Notes: generated from the sequence alone by a model not told the origin. Positions 1-12,669 are shown, counted from the first letter of the stretch. The stretch is DNA of 35,337 nt from Chiloscyllium plagiosum (GCF_004010195.1 NC_057718.1:32752133-32787469); one strand, 5' to 3'. Made by a program: numbers and translations.

Positions 1-186
1 CTCTCCCAAGTCCCTCCTCCCTACCTTTTATCTTAGCCTGCTTGGCACACTCTCCTCATTCCTGAAGAAGGGTTTATGCCTGAAACGTCGATTCTCCTGT
101 TCCTTGGATGCTGCCTGACTTGCTGCGCTTTTCCAGCAACACATTTTTCAACTCTGATCTCCAGCATCTGCAGTCCTCACTTTCTC
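1..186 (+). mobile_element. Penelope-like element terminal repeat (pLTR) fragment, family A
   Basis: Near-identical to 7968-8101(-), 8930-9062(+) and 23193-23395; contains a hammerhead core; runs off the window start. Confidence 0.75.
62..89 (+). ncRNA. Minimal type I hammerhead ribozyme core
   Basis: CTGAAGA-A-GGGT/TTAT/GCCT-GAAAC-GTC: CUGANGA, stem II with G-U pairs, GAAA, palindromic ACGT stem III and GUC cleavage triplet; stem I is weak. Confidence 0.65.
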
Positions 187-925
187 ACACTTATCAAGGA
201 CCTGCATTAACTGTTCCTTGGAATAAGCTCCACAATTCAACTGTGCCCATCCGCTGCAGTTTCCTTCCTTATCCTATGCATCCTAAATTTTAATTAATCA
301 CATTGTAATTGCCTTTCCCCCAGCTATAATTTTTGCCCTGCGGTATTTACCTATTAATTTCCACCTCTAAAGTAAACATAACTGAATTGTGGTCACTATC
401 ACCAAAGTGCTCACCTACCTCCAAATCTACCACCTGGCCTGGTTCATTACCCAGTATCAAATCTCATGAGGCCTCGCTCCTTGTTGACCTGTTTACATAC
501 TGTGCCAGGAAACCCTCCTACACACATTAGACAAAAACTGACCTATCTAAAGTACTTGAACTATAGTATTCCCAGTCAATATTTGGAAAGTTAAAGACCC
601 CATAAAAACTACCTTGTCACTCTCGCTCCTATCGAGGTCATCTTTACTATCCTATCTTCTACATCTCTGGAACTATTTGGAGGCCTATAGAAAACAGGGT
701 AATCTCTCCTTTCCTGTTTCGAATCTCAGCCCATACTACCTCAAATGTCCTTTCTGCAACCGTAATACTGTCCTTGACTAACACTGCCACACCACCTCCT
801 CGTTTACCATTTTCTCTGCTCTTACTGAAATATCTAACTCCCAGAACCTGCAATAACCATTCCTGACCCTGCTCTACCCATGTCTCTGAAATGGCCACAA
901 TATCGAAATCCCCGGTACTAACCCA
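187..925 (-). mobile_element. CR1 LINE ORF2 APE endonuclease fragment (degraded)
   Basis: ORF 659-898: AISETW...RGGGVAVLVKDSI...VVWAEIRNRKG; downstream GDFNFP-like and LGDSDHNS motifs. Confidence 0.9.
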
Positions 926-1719
926 TAGATAAGCTGCAGAGCTGGGCTGAGAGGTGGCAAATGGAGTTTAATGCAGAAAGGAGTAAGGTGATTCATTTTG
1001 GAAGGAGTAACAGGAGTAAAGAGTACTGAACTAATGGTAAGATTCTTGGTGGTGTAGATGAGCAGAGAGACTTGGTGTCCATGTACACAGATCCCTGAAA
1101 GTTGCCACCCAGGTTGATAGGGTTGTTGAGAAGGCATATGGTGTGTTAGCTTTAATTGGTAGGGGGATTGGGTTTTAGAGCCACGAGGTCATGCTGCAGC
1201 TGTACAAAACTCTGGTGCGTCCGCACTTGGAGTGTTGCGTACAGTTCTGGTCACTGCATCGAAGGATGTGGAAGCTTTGGAACGGATGCAGAGGAGATTT
1301 ACTAGATTGTTGCCTGATATGGAGGGAAGGTCTTATGAGGAAAGAGAGAAGGTTGAGAGGTGACTTAATTGAGACATATAAGATAATCAGAGGGTTAGAT
1401 AGGGTGGACAGTAAGAGCCTTTTACCTCAGATGGTGATGGCTAGCAGGAGGGGACATAGCTTTAAATTGAGGGGTGATAGATAGAGGACTGATGTCAGAG
1501 GCAGTTTCTTTACTCAGACAGTAGTAGAGGCGTGAAATGTACTGCCTGCAATAATAGTAGACTTGCCAACTTTAAGGGCACTTAAATGGTCATTGGATAA
1601 GTATATGAATGAAAAAATGGAATAGTGTAGGTTAGATGGGCTTCAGATTGGTTTCACAGGATGGCGCAACATTGAGGGCCGAAGGATCTGTACTGCGCTG
1701 TAATGTTCTATACTCTATC
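926..1719 (+). mobile_element. CR1 LINE RT C-terminus and 3' UTR
   Basis: WAERWQMEFN, LYKTLVRPHLE, RRLRGDLIETYKI; ends in a TGTTCTAT-type tail. Confidence 0.92.
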
Positions 1720-1804
1720 TCCAGCACCCACAGTATTTTGCTTTAATTTTACTCTCAATCCCTTCTTGTCCAGAGCATCCCAATACACCTGAATAGTTTG
1801 CTTG

Positions 1805-2045
1805 GCCACTTCAGGATTGACATGTAGTTCTGACTGCTTAAGGATGACAGACATCCTTCCCTACAAGATGTCAGTTAACCAATTGGCTATTTACAACAAT
1901 GAAATATTGACTTGTCATTGTTAGTGATTATATTTCCCAATTTTTAAAGCTGAATTCAAGCTCTCAACCTACTCTGATCTGAACTCCATTTCCTGAAATT
2001 GATAGTTCAAAACTGCGGATTGTTTGTCCTGGTAATATAACAATG
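1805..2045 (-). mobile_element. Old SINE-like repeat related to 2340-2720 and 9700-9930
   Basis: Visible but degenerate similarity to 9705-9925 in the same orientation. Confidence 0.45.
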
Positions 2046-2339
2046 GTGAGGATTAACAAACACCAAAAAACAGATAATTGAACAAAGATTGTATGCAGAA
2101 CTGTTTAATCTACACTGGCAATTGATGTCTGTCATTGGGAGCATATGTCATTTGGCTTCCAACATGTTCAAACAGAACAAAATGCAGATCAGGTACCTCA
2201 GCAACCATTTGGATATTAGGTAGCTGGAGCATACCAACAAGGGCTGGACATTTTTCAGTAGGTATTAATTGGCTTCACCCATCAGCAGAAAACCATATAG
2301 GTGATCCCAGCTATTCCAAAAACAAACCTTATAGGCTCC

Positions 2340-2720
2340 CAGAGGAGATGGTGGTGCAGTATAATCTATTTTAGTATTGTAGGAATCTAGAGATTAATGC
2401 TCTACAGGCTCTTAGGGACAACCATTCTAATCCCACTGCAGCAGAGCAGAATTAAAAGGTGATTAATGAAATGCAAGGCAGTTTAGTAGTAATAACCATA
2501 AAGTTATTATTGACTGCTCATAACAAACCATTTGATTCACTAAGATGGGGAAGGAAGTCCAGTATTATTTTCTGGTCTGGTCTTTATGTAACTGAAAACT
2601 CACAGTCACATGGTTAACTCAACTGACCTTCAAAATAGTCCAGAGAACCAATCAATTCAAGTGAAATGAGAGCTTGCCTTGCCTGACAGCACTGCCCATA
2701 TCCCATGAAAGGAAAAAAAA
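2340..2720 (+). mobile_element. Old SINE/non-autonomous element sharing head and tail with the LINE at 7338-9930
   Basis: Body is the reverse complement of the 9700-9930 type; tail GCCCATATCCCATGAAAGGAAAAAAAA resembles the LINE 3' ends at ~5445 and ~7345. Confidence 0.5.
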
Positions 2721-2987
2721 GTTGAATTGATCACTAGTTCGATCAATTCACAAGAGAAGAATGAAGGGGAATGGATTTCATAGAAATCTCTAAAATTCTT
2801 AGAGGGTAAAATCCCGAATGATTTTTCTGATGGTGGAAGAGTCCAGACCAGGGGTTGCTGTCGAAGAGGTAAACGATTTAAGACTGAGATGAGGAGACAT
2901 TTCTTCATCCAGAGAGTGGTAAGCCTGTTGAATTTGCTACCAAAGAAAGCAGTAAATATTAAAACATTTTATGATTTCATGAAAAAG

Positions 2988-3113
2988 ATGTGATGCGGAG
3001 GTGCTAGTGTTGGGGTGGACAAAGTTAAAAATCACACTACACCAAGTCATAGTCCAACAGATTTATTTGAATATACAAGCTTTCAGAGCGCTGCTCCTTC
3101 ATCAGGTAGCTAG
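2988..3113 (-). mobile_element. Penelope-like pLTR fragment, family B
   Basis: Splits the CR1 text; carries a hammerhead core on the minus strand. Confidence 0.65.
3077..3105 (-). ncRNA. Minimal hammerhead ribozyme core
   Basis: Minus strand CTGATGA-A-GGAGC/AGC/GCTCT-GAAA-GCTT; palindromic AGCT stem III. Confidence 0.65.
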
Positions 3114-5439
3114 TGGATATAGCACTTGCGGCTAAAAGGATAAAAAAAAAGGGGGAAAGGTGGGAACAGGCTATTGAGGTGGTTGATTAGCCATGATCAG
3201 AACAAATGGCAGAATAAGCCCATAGGGATGCATGGCCTACTCCTCCTCCTATTTCCTCTGTTTCTATGTTTCTTGGTAAAATTGAAGAATTTTAACTTGC
3301 AGTAATGTGGGGATTTGGGAGTGGTTAGTGTTCTGGGAGAATGAATGTGAGGCTGCAGCTCAGTTAGGGGTAGGGGGAGGAGGAGCGGGGTAGTGGCGAC
3401 GTGGCTACATCATCACAGCAAGCTGCAGAAGGTGGGAGGAGCTTGGCCTGTACCCGTGAGAACCCAGTGAAGTCAATGACAGTCTGAATCATCGGATATG
3501 GAGCCCTCCTGTCCTGATGTTGTTTGCAGATGCTATTGTCAGGCTATTGGTCAGGCGGTGTACACGAGGGCTCGAGTGCAGCCAGGGATCTATCTGTAAA
3601 TCAAAACCCTGAGAGGTAAGGGAAACCCAGGGAAGGTGTGAGCTAAGGAACAAAGCCGATTGTGAGTGGGGCAGCATGGAGAAGGGAGACTAAGACTGTG
3701 AGAGAAGTAAAGGCTGGGGAGAAATTGACTGGCTGGGAGTAGAAAGGTACAGTAGCAAATACCGTGATTGTGAAGGTATACTATGGGATGCTCTGAGACA
3801 ACGTATCCACCAGCATTTGGTCATGCACAGACTGGGCCAATGTTTTCCAGCTAAACCTGACCTCCAATTGTCCTGGAAGCTCTGTGTAATTGGCCCCAGT
3901 CTGCACACAGCCAAGATCGTGTCATGGTTGACATGCAACACTTTTAAAAGCATTTTTCAAAATCACAGACAGGTCTCGGCATTGACACTGCCATCCTCAG
4001 TAAGCCACAGTGAGTAGGAGAATCTCAACTGAAGGAGCAAGATGGGAACTACGTCTTTTTCTGAAAGAATCTTTCTGAAGATGAAAGATGCCTCAAAAAG
4101 TCCTTATTGGCGTCCTCAGCATCTCCCCCATGTGTTTAAATGAGATCCTCCCAACTGCCTAGTGTGGATCAGCAAGACATTTGGAACTGGTACATTCAGC
4201 CATATACTCCAGGTAATGTATAAGAGCAAAGAGTAATTTTACTCCAACTTTCAGCAATGTCTCTCCCAAGTCCCAGCAGGCAACTGCAAGGACGACATCT
4301 TTTCAAACTTATTTGTTTTTGGATATTGGACCAAAAATATGAAAAGGATACTGCTTTAAAACAGGGAAGCTAGAAGAAGACAGGACAGTTTTAAAACAAG
4401 TTGCTGGAACTCATTGGCATTGTGGGTGTGAATGGGGACAGCTTTGCCCAAAGACAGAGTGTTGATTGTTTTTTTTACAATCATTCCAGTTATGTGGGTC
4501 AGGAATCAAGATCGTGACAAAACTCTCTGATCGTTGGATACCTGTCTGGGCAGATAGGCAGCCAGAATGTGAACAACACTATAGCAAAAAGGATCCAGCC
4601 TCTCAAAACACATAAAGTCTCTTTCTCCTTGCAGAGATCTAATGAAGAATAACAAGGTAGATAACTATTCTTCCTCATCATTTGCCCATAAACTGCTGTC
4701 TCTAACCAGTGACTGAGAGATTGAACAGTTAATGAGCCAAGTACCCTGTGACTGCAATAAATAACTCAAAAAACTTGGGAAGGTGCAAATTGGAGATCAG
4801 AAGGACTCAGAAATTGTGGTTAGAACTGATTTATCTGTAAGAAATAAGAGTTTCTTGTTGTTCACACAAACCTGGTCAGTGTTTTCTGTTAACTTGAATT
4901 AATCAGATTAGACTTTTGGATTAATTTGATTAAATCTTTAATTTTTATGATGATCCTGGGGGTGGTGCAGTTTGTTATTCCCCTGGGAATAACAAAATAA
5001 ATAGATCCTCCTTGGAAATTTTAACGCCAGAGTTAGGAAGAATGTAAATCTCTGGAAGGTTGTGATTAACAAGGAAGGTACCTTTCCTTTCACAAAATGT
5101 CTAGGACATGACCCTGTCATGGACAGCGCCCTGTTTAACCAAGAAAACAAGCACAAGACCACACAGTAATACACATGGCCGAAGGAATGGCACCGGCTCA
5201 AATACAGGAGCATTCAATCGAAGGATAGCAGGGAGATCCACATCACCCGTACCATTTCATACCAACAATTCCTGGGCCAATCGCTTCTTACCCACTCTAC
5301 CATGTCCATCCAACTTGATCCCCAATACAATAGAATCAACATGAGAAAGATTTCAAATATTCCATCAAGGCAGCCCTTCTCAGCCAATGCTTCAGTGACA
5401 TCTTTCTACCTCCAGCCATCAGGAGTTACAGTTTGTTTC

Positions 5440-6030
5440 TTTCCTTAATGGGACATGGGGACTGTGGGCTGGGCCAGCATTTATTCCGCACCCTAGATGC
5501 CCTTGAGATGGTGGTGGTGAGCTGCCTACTTGAACCACTGCAGTCCGTGTGCAGTAGGTAAACTCACAATGTTATGAGGGAGGGAATTCCAGGATTTTGA
5601 CTCAGCAACACTGAAAGAATGTTGATATATTTCCAGGGCAGGATATAGCATGGCTTGGAGGGAAACATGAAGATGATGGTGTTCTCATGTATCGCAGCTG
5701 TTGTCCTTCTAGACAGCATTGGCTATGGACTTGTAAGGTGCTGTCTAAAGAAGCTTGGTGAATTTCTATAATGCATCTTGTAGATATTAACTCTACTGCT
5801 ATTGAGCAACGATGCTGAAGACAGTGAAAATTTGAGTATGTGGTGCCTACCAAACAGGCTGCTTTGTCCTAAATGGTGTCAAGCTTCTTCAGTGTTACTG
5901 GAGCAGGACCCATTAAGGCAAGTGGGGAGTATTCCATCACTCACCTACGTGTACCTTACAGATGATGGACAGGCTTTGGTGAGTTACTCATTGCAGTGTC
6001 CCTAGCCTCTGACCTGCTCTTATAGCTGCA
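5440..6030 (-). mobile_element. 3' fragment of a CR1/L2-group LINE (same family as 7338-9930)
   Basis: 5445-5560 aligns by eye with 7345-7465, and 5630-5710 with 7500-7578. Confidence 0.75.
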
Positions 6031-6229
6031 TCACATGTATAGCTGCATCGCTCTTCTGGGAAGAGGAGTATATGGTGGGAGTCTGAGGGATGCTGCCTTT
6101 GATGTTATATTCATGAGGGGAGATAAATTTGACTGTGGAACTGTAGAGGAACTTGCTGTGTGCTGGAGGGACGACCATCACAAGGACCATTGTCAATTAC
6201 CTCCTACCAGTCACTGAGTAATTCCTTTC

Positions 6230-7330
6230 AGAACTGCAATTCAGTTTCTGCCCATTGAGAGGCACCATAAGCATGATCTTCACTGAATAGGAAGTTCAAG
6301 AAAACAAGGCTATGTTGTCACACCAAGTCTCCTCTCCACCCCTCCTCCAACACATCATCCGAAGCACTGAGATAATTTACACAACCGATGGGGAGCTGTT
6401 CAACCTATGCTTCCTTTAATTTAAAAGCAAACCAGCATCATTTTGAGACATTGAGTTCCATTATGCAGGTGACGCTGGTGAATGCAGTCACTCAGAAGCT
6501 GAACTCCAGGTTAACTCCTTCTTTAAATAAATACCTGGAAAGATGAGGTCTTGACCTAACCAGTTCCCATAGGACAATACCTCCCCAAGTTAATTTAAGA
6601 TCCATTTTGTTCTTTTCTGTATCTTGGGTACCTCGGCTCAATGAAAATAAACATAGAAGATGATTCCTTTCTGTCAGTTCAGCCTTTGGCCAACTGAGCA
6701 AAAGAGTATTTGACGAGCAGGATCTCATATACAAGAGTAAGATCAGGTTTGTCAGGCAACATTGAGGCCTGACAAACCTGGTCACTCTTGGTCACTCTGA
6801 AGACTTATAGATGGCACATCAAAACATTGGAGAAGTACCACTAGCAGTGCCTTTGCAAAATTCTCCAAAGATGGTCTATCAACAGTGTCTACTCCTATAT
6901 CCACAAGCCCAACATCATGGTGGTACTTACTAGATACCAACTCACAGGGATACGCTATATTGTTTTAGCCTATCAACATGTCAAGGCACAACTGCAATGC
7001 ACTGAATTCACTTATGACATGAGACACCAAGGAGGATAGCAGGAAAGACTTGGGGATGTAATTGAAGCATCCCTGAAAAGGTCATATATCTGCCCAGATG
7101 TATCTTCCTCTCTTGTAACCAACCAAAATGGAGAAGGTTCATTTGGGAAAGTGCCAAACGCATCAAGAGATTTTGTGGGGAGAGGTGCAGAAGCATCAGA
7201 GAGAGCACCACAAACCTTCAATAAACTTAGCTACTCAACCTTCCCACATCATCACCATCCCATGGCAGAGTCTGCAGATTATACATTCAACTTCTCAGAC
7301 ATCTCAAAATTCATCTAACCAGCGTGGAAG
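6230..7330 (+). mobile_element. RTE-clade LINE RT 3' half (heavily degraded)
   Basis: KQGYV (GVKQGCV-like), YTTDGELFNL, EFHYAGDA (YADD-like), HSEAELQ, LSSAFGQLSKRVF. Confidence 0.8.
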
Positions 7331-7967
7331 CATTTTTAAAAATTCATACTTGGATTGTGGGTGTCACTGGCTGGGCCATTATTTACTATCCATCCCTGGT
7401 TGACCTTGGGAAGATGGTGGTAAGCCGACTCCTTGAACCACTACAGTCCATGTGCAATAAGTAGGCACAAAACATGTTTAGGAAGGAGCAGAGTTATCTT
7501 TCCAAATCAGGATTGTATGTGAGACTTGGAGGGGAACTTGCAGTTGGAGGTGTCTCCATATATCTGCTGCCTTTGTCCGACAGCCACAAACATGTTCCGT
7601 TGTGCCAGGTAAGGCTATAACCAGCAGAGAGTTGTTTCCTTGATTTTCATTGACTCCAGTTTTGCTCGGGCTCCTTGATGCCACGCTCAGTCAAAAGTAG
7701 CTTTGGTGTCAAGGGTCAGCACTCTCATCTCCCCTCTGGAATTCAGCTCTTTTATCAATGTTTGAACCAAGGCTGTAATGAGGTCAGGAGCTGAATGGCT
7801 CTAGGAAAACCAAAACTGGGCGTCACTGAGCAGGTTATTGCTGAGCAGGTGTTATTTGATAGCACTATTGATGACACCTTCCATCACTTTACTGATGATC
7901 ATGGTTAGATTGATAGGATGGTAATTAATTAGGTTAGATTTATCCTGCTTTTCATGTACAGGATATA

Positions 7968-8101
7968 GGAGGAGAAAGTGAGGGCTGCAGATGCTGCAGA
8001 TCAGAGCTGAAAATGTGTTGCTGGAAAAGCGCAGCAGATCAGGCAGCATCCAAGGAACAGGAGAATCGACGTTTTGGGCATAAGCCCTTCTTCAGGAATG
8101 A
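7968..8101 (-). mobile_element. Penelope pLTR family A insertion with 10-bp TSD
   Basis: ACAGGATATA at 7958-7967 and 8102-8111; hammerhead core with GAAA mutated to AAAA. Confidence 0.85.
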
Positions 8102-8929
8102 ACAGGATATACCCAGGCAATTTTCCACATTGCCGGTTAGCTAGCAGTGTTGCAGCTGTACTGGAACAGCTTGGCCAGGGAAGCTGCAACTTCTGGAGCA
8201 CCAGGCTTCAGGACAATTGTCGGAATGTTGCCAGGCCCATAGGCTTTGTAGTGTCCAGTGTCTCCAACCAGTTCTTGATATCACACAGGACGAATCAAAT
8301 CGGCTGAAGATAGGCATCAGTGAGTCCTCGTGGAGTGGCTGAGATGGGTAAACCAAAAAGGACATACAGCTGAAGATTCTTGCAAATGCTTCAGCCTTAT
8401 GTTTTGCACTGATGTGCTGGGTTCGCCAGGGGGCTATTTGTAAAGCTTTCTCCTGCAGTGAATTGTTTGATATTCCCTCACCATTCGTGACTGGATGTGG
8501 CAGACTGCAGAGCTTAGATCTGATCTGTTAATTGTGGAATCGATTAGCTCTATCACTTGCTGCTTCTGTTGTTCACCATGCAAGGAATCCTGTTTTGTAG
8601 CTTCATCAGGTTGACACCTTTTTTGGTTTACCTGATGCTGCTCCAGACATGTCCTCCTGCACACATCATGGAACCAGGGTTGATCCCCTAGCTTGGTGGT
8701 AACGAAAAATGAGAGATCTGCCAGGCCTTAAGGTTGCAGATTGTGTTGGAGTGCAATTCTTCTGCTGCTGATGGCCTATGGTGTTCTGTGATGCCCATTC
8801 TTGAATTACCAGATCTGTTTAAAGTCTGTGCCATTTAACACAATGGTAGTGCCACACAACAGAGTGTAAAGTATTCTCAACATGAAAGCAGGACTTTGTC
8901 TCCACATGGACTGTTTGGTGATCACCACA

Positions 8930-9062
8930 CATTCCTGATGAAGGGCTTATGCCCGAAACATCGATTCTCCTGTTTCTCAGATGCTGCCTGATCTGCTGTG
9001 CTTTTCCAGCATCCCACTCTTGACTCTGATCTCCAGCATTTGCAGTCCTCATTTTCTCCTAG
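8930..9062 (+). mobile_element. Penelope pLTR family A insertion
   Basis: Homologous to 57-186; interrupts the host LINE. Confidence 0.8.
8935..8962 (+). ncRNA. Minimal hammerhead ribozyme core
   Basis: CTGATGA-A-GGGC/TTAT/GCCC-GAAAC-ATC; perfect stem II; GTC>ATC change consistent with CpG decay. Confidence 0.7.
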
Positions 9063-11853
9063 TTGGTCAGTTCACATGACCAACACTGTCATGAACAACA
9101 TTTGCTATCGTCCCAATTTAGCTGCTTTGTTCTTTAGGATTTGACCAGCTCAGTCAGCAGTGCTGCTGCTAAGCCAGTATTGGGGATGAACATTGAAGTC
9201 CCCACGCAGACTAAGTTCTGTACCCTCGCCACCCTCAGTATCTCCTCCAAGTGGTCTTCACATGGATGAGTTCTGTTTCATCAGCTGAGGGAGGGTGGTA
9301 CATGGTATCAGCAGGAGGTTTCCTTGCTCAAAGCCATGAGACTTCATGGGGTCCAGAGTCAATGTTGACGTCTCACCATCTGTATACCACTATACCGTCA
9401 CCACTGCAGGGCCTGTCCTGCCAGTGGGACAGAACATGTCCTGGTATGGAGATGGTGCTGTCTGGGACATTTGTAGGGTATGATTCTGTCAGCAAGACTA
9501 TTTCAGACTGTTGCTTGACTTGCTTGTGAGACAGCTCTCCCAGCTTTGGCGCCAGGCACCAGATATTCGTAAGGAAGACTTTCCAGAGTTGACAGGGCTA
9601 TGTTGGTTGTTTTTAGTTACTAGATGGTGTGTCTGGTTTCCTTCTTTCTTTAAGCCTTTTTTAGTGGATTACACAGATGAGTCATTTCAAAGTTAACCAC
9701 ATAGCTGTGGATCTGCAGTCACATGGAGACTAAGAGTAAATACAACAGATTTCCTTTCCTAAGGGACATTAGTGAACCAGATGGACTTTACCTACAATTG
9801 TTTCATTAGACGTTTTAATTCATGAATTTTATTGAATTCAAATACATCCAGGATCCAAGATCCCAGAATATCATCTGGGTCTCTGAATTGCTTGGCCAGT
9901 AATAATACCACCATCACTTCCCCTAAATTGCAGTCATCCTTGATCCTAAGGCACTGCTCAAGGGAAGAGGTTGACCATGCAATGAGAACCAGGCTGCTGA
10001 CTTCCATTTTTAACGGAACATTAGGCTACACATCAACAAATTCTCAAAGTTGCTTCACTTACACTTATTTTGAGATTTCTTCATTAGATCTCTGATCCAG
10101 CAGTTCAGCATGACTGCATTTATGATTTTTGTTTTGGAGTTCATGCGAAGACTTGGATAGCTATCAATATCAACAGTAACACCAGCAGGAGGACCAGCAG
10201 CTGTGGGAAGACACCGATAAGAGCAGGGTTAGCAGGGGCAGGTCCCTCGCAAACCTGCTCCACTGCAAACGGGATGAGTAAAGTTGTGCATCTCACATAG
10301 GATCACATAATGTGTACTGGCGGTGGATAAGCTTACTTGGCATTTTGGAACACAAGTGCCACTAATCCATCCATTTAACAGCCTGTGTAAAGTTTCTCAC
10401 CCAAATCTCCACACTCCTCCATGTCTTCCACCATCACATGACAATCCTGCAAACTACCAAACCTTCCTTTCAGTTTCAGATTTCCCAACAACAATCCCTA
10501 CCTTACCACCCACCACCAGCGACTAGAAACATGGGCAACACGGAAATAGCATGCATGTGGTTCAAAAGTTAAAAAGAAGTTGAACAATTTAACATTGTGT
10601 AACACATCCACATGCAAGTTAAAATCTTTTCTCTTCCTCTTCCTAGCTTTCCTGCACCCACTGCATTCTGTCAGAGGTGGTGCAAGCTGCTTCGGGCCCT
10701 GCTCTGACAGCTGAACAGCTCTTCACTGATCCTGTTTGGGTTTCTGAATCCACAAGATTCCTGGTTTACTTCCATCTTGACAGGGACGCCTCTATCATCA
10801 GGATGTGGGATACTGTGGCAGCGTGTGGGATACTGATTACAGTAGGCTGGCACAGGATTGAGGGGAGAAATGGAACAGGTAAGGAGACAATGCACCTCAG
10901 GTTGATTCACATCTCCATGTGCACCCTCACTATCATCTTTCTCTGCTACCAATGACACAGAGAGAGCAGATCAGTGAGATATTCAACAGCCAACTTGAGA
11001 ATTTGGTGGATCCCACACAAAAGGGCCTTCATAGTATGCAAGCCATTGGTGATAACCTGCATGTACTCTCTTGATTGCCTCGCTAGATGCTTCTTTGGAG
11101 GTGGCCATACTTGCTATGGACAAAGACTTTGCTGCGGAAACCTCGAGCATCATTCCACTCAGGATGGAAATGGACTCCTCCGATCTATCCGCAAGTGTGC
11201 ACAGTCTGGCAAGAATAATGATCAGTGCATTGCATCCGTATATCACGCATTCTTTGCTGCAGCTCCAGAAATACCCTGAGGCTGAGCATCTGCACCCAGC
11301 CGGGCAGAGCTTGGGAGCTCCTGCATCTTGCAAAGCACACTCTCCGTTATTGTCCGAATTGAGTGGCTGGAGTTGTATGTTGGAGCTGTTGCAGTATTGA
11401 TTTACCAAGGTGGACTTTTCCAGTGGATCTTGAAGTTAGTTATTTGTTCTTTTCTTACCTGAAAGTCAAGTTCTTGTTGAGGTGAACTTGGAAAAGGAGC
11501 CAGCCTGAGAGATTCTTAATTTGTAGTGGTGTCCAGGTTTAAAAGGATGTTACCGCACTTGGTCAGCAGCTGCTGAAGGGCTGGTTTCTCACTGGTTCTT
11601 GGGGAAAAAGAATTGGTGACCTGAAGTTGGTTTCAGTCACATGGCTAACTGCTACTGATTAGCCATAATGGTTTTGAAGTCCGAAGCCATCGCTACCCAA
11701 TGGAAGATTGATGATATTATTGACAGCTCCATATGATTCCTGCAGCTCTTCTTTGTTACATATTGAGCTTGGAGACAGCAGCTATAGAACTCTTCAGATT
11801 TGAATTTCATGTAAACCACAAGTTTAGCAGGTATAAATCCCAAAGATGGATTG

Positions 11854-12014
11854 TGTCTTGATGCATGCTTTCAAGGCAGTAAAATAACTCCACAGAGGCC
11901 GGTATCCTGTCACCAGTTCACCCTTCATTTACACATGAGCAGTCCTTGACTTTAGGACTGCCTCATTCAGAGTCAGGTACCAGGGTGTCGCATATCTGGC
12001 GCTCCTGTTTTTAT
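11854..12014 (-). mobile_element. Gypsy LTR, subfamily A (partial, ends in the Tx1 stack)
   Basis: Starts TGTCTTGAT, the inverted match of ATCATGACA at 17834-17842; 11927-12014 aligns with 17654-17743. Confidence 0.75.
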
Positions 12015-12263
12015 TTTTATTTTTTTTCTACCACTGGGAAGAAAAGAAACTTGCAAGTGGACAGTGATAAGCAGTGCCCTTCACATCAAAGGGCAAAGCT
12101 GTGTGATCAAACAATAAAGGGGAGGGCAGGGATTAAATCAAAATAGAGCTGGAGGGAGAAATAATGCACTCCACTCCCTGCGGCGCCCACCTCTCCCTGA
12201 ACAGCTGAAGGGTGTAGTGGACACCGTGTGCTCCTTCTCCAGAGACACCTGGGCTCTAACATA
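12015..12263 (-). mobile_element. Tx1/L1-clade non-LTR retrotransposon 3' end (ORF2 C-terminus, UTR, poly-A)
   Basis: Minus strand YVRAQVSLEKEHTVST / TLQLFRERWAPQGVECIISPSSSILI* with one frameshift; T-tract at left; flanked by target duplication. Confidence 0.75.
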
Positions 12264-12304
12264 ACACTCCTGTTTTTATTTTTTTTACCCCTGACACTTC
12301 TGGG

Positions 12305-12484
12305 TTTTTTTTGTCTTTTTGTTCTTCCCCACACTACTGCCTAACTGCGGTAGTGCTTATTTATTCCCCAGCATCCATGTTGTGTGTGTGCAGGTGTGAG
12401 ACACAATGAAAGACACAAGGCGTACCAATCTTTATTCAGTTTCCACCACCAGGAAGAAAAGAAACACCTGAGTGGCCTGTGACA
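12305..12484 (-). mobile_element. Tx1-like 3' UTR insertion, 5'-truncated
   Basis: T-tract plus UTR overlapping the sequence of 12028-12067; followed by GACACTCCTAGTTTTAT. Confidence 0.75.
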
Positions 12485-12669
12485 CTCCTAGTTTTATTTA
12501 TTTTCTAGAATTCTAGACATTGAAATTTTTTGTAGTAAGAATGATCATCATAATTGAAATAACTTCACAGAGGCCGATATCACATCATCATTTACATGTA
12601 CATAGTATTTAACACTGGTCCAGTCTCCTCAGAGCCAACTCTCAGAGTGAACAGGATCTCTAACATTCC

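Larger units (their letters stand above)
2775..3270 (+). mobile_element. CR1 LINE 3' fragment interrupted by a Penelope repeat
   Basis: TEMRRHFFIQRVVSL motif; 3' tail GGCCTACTCCTCCTCCTATTTCCTCTGTTTCTATGTTTCT. Confidence 0.85.
7338..9930 (-). mobile_element. CR1/L2-group LINE, internally deleted, with two Penelope insertions
   Basis: NYHPINLTMIISKVMEGVINSAIK, HLLSNNLLSDAQFG, LVGDFNVH endonuclease motif at ~9190; SINE-like 5' head at 9700-9930; exact clade uncertain. Confidence 0.8.

Noticed and set aside
108..293. Recurring MLPDLLRFSSNTF peptide (also 7852-8049 and 23189-23455) as a gene family
   Set aside because: It is a chance reading of the Penelope terminal repeat.
3640..3990. Possible very old minus-strand Harbinger transposase trace
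   Set aside because: Motifs are too degenerate to support a call.
12504..12517. Perfect palindrome TCTAGAATTCTAGA between the two LTRs
   Set aside because: A single 14-bp palindrome is expected by chance in a window of this size.
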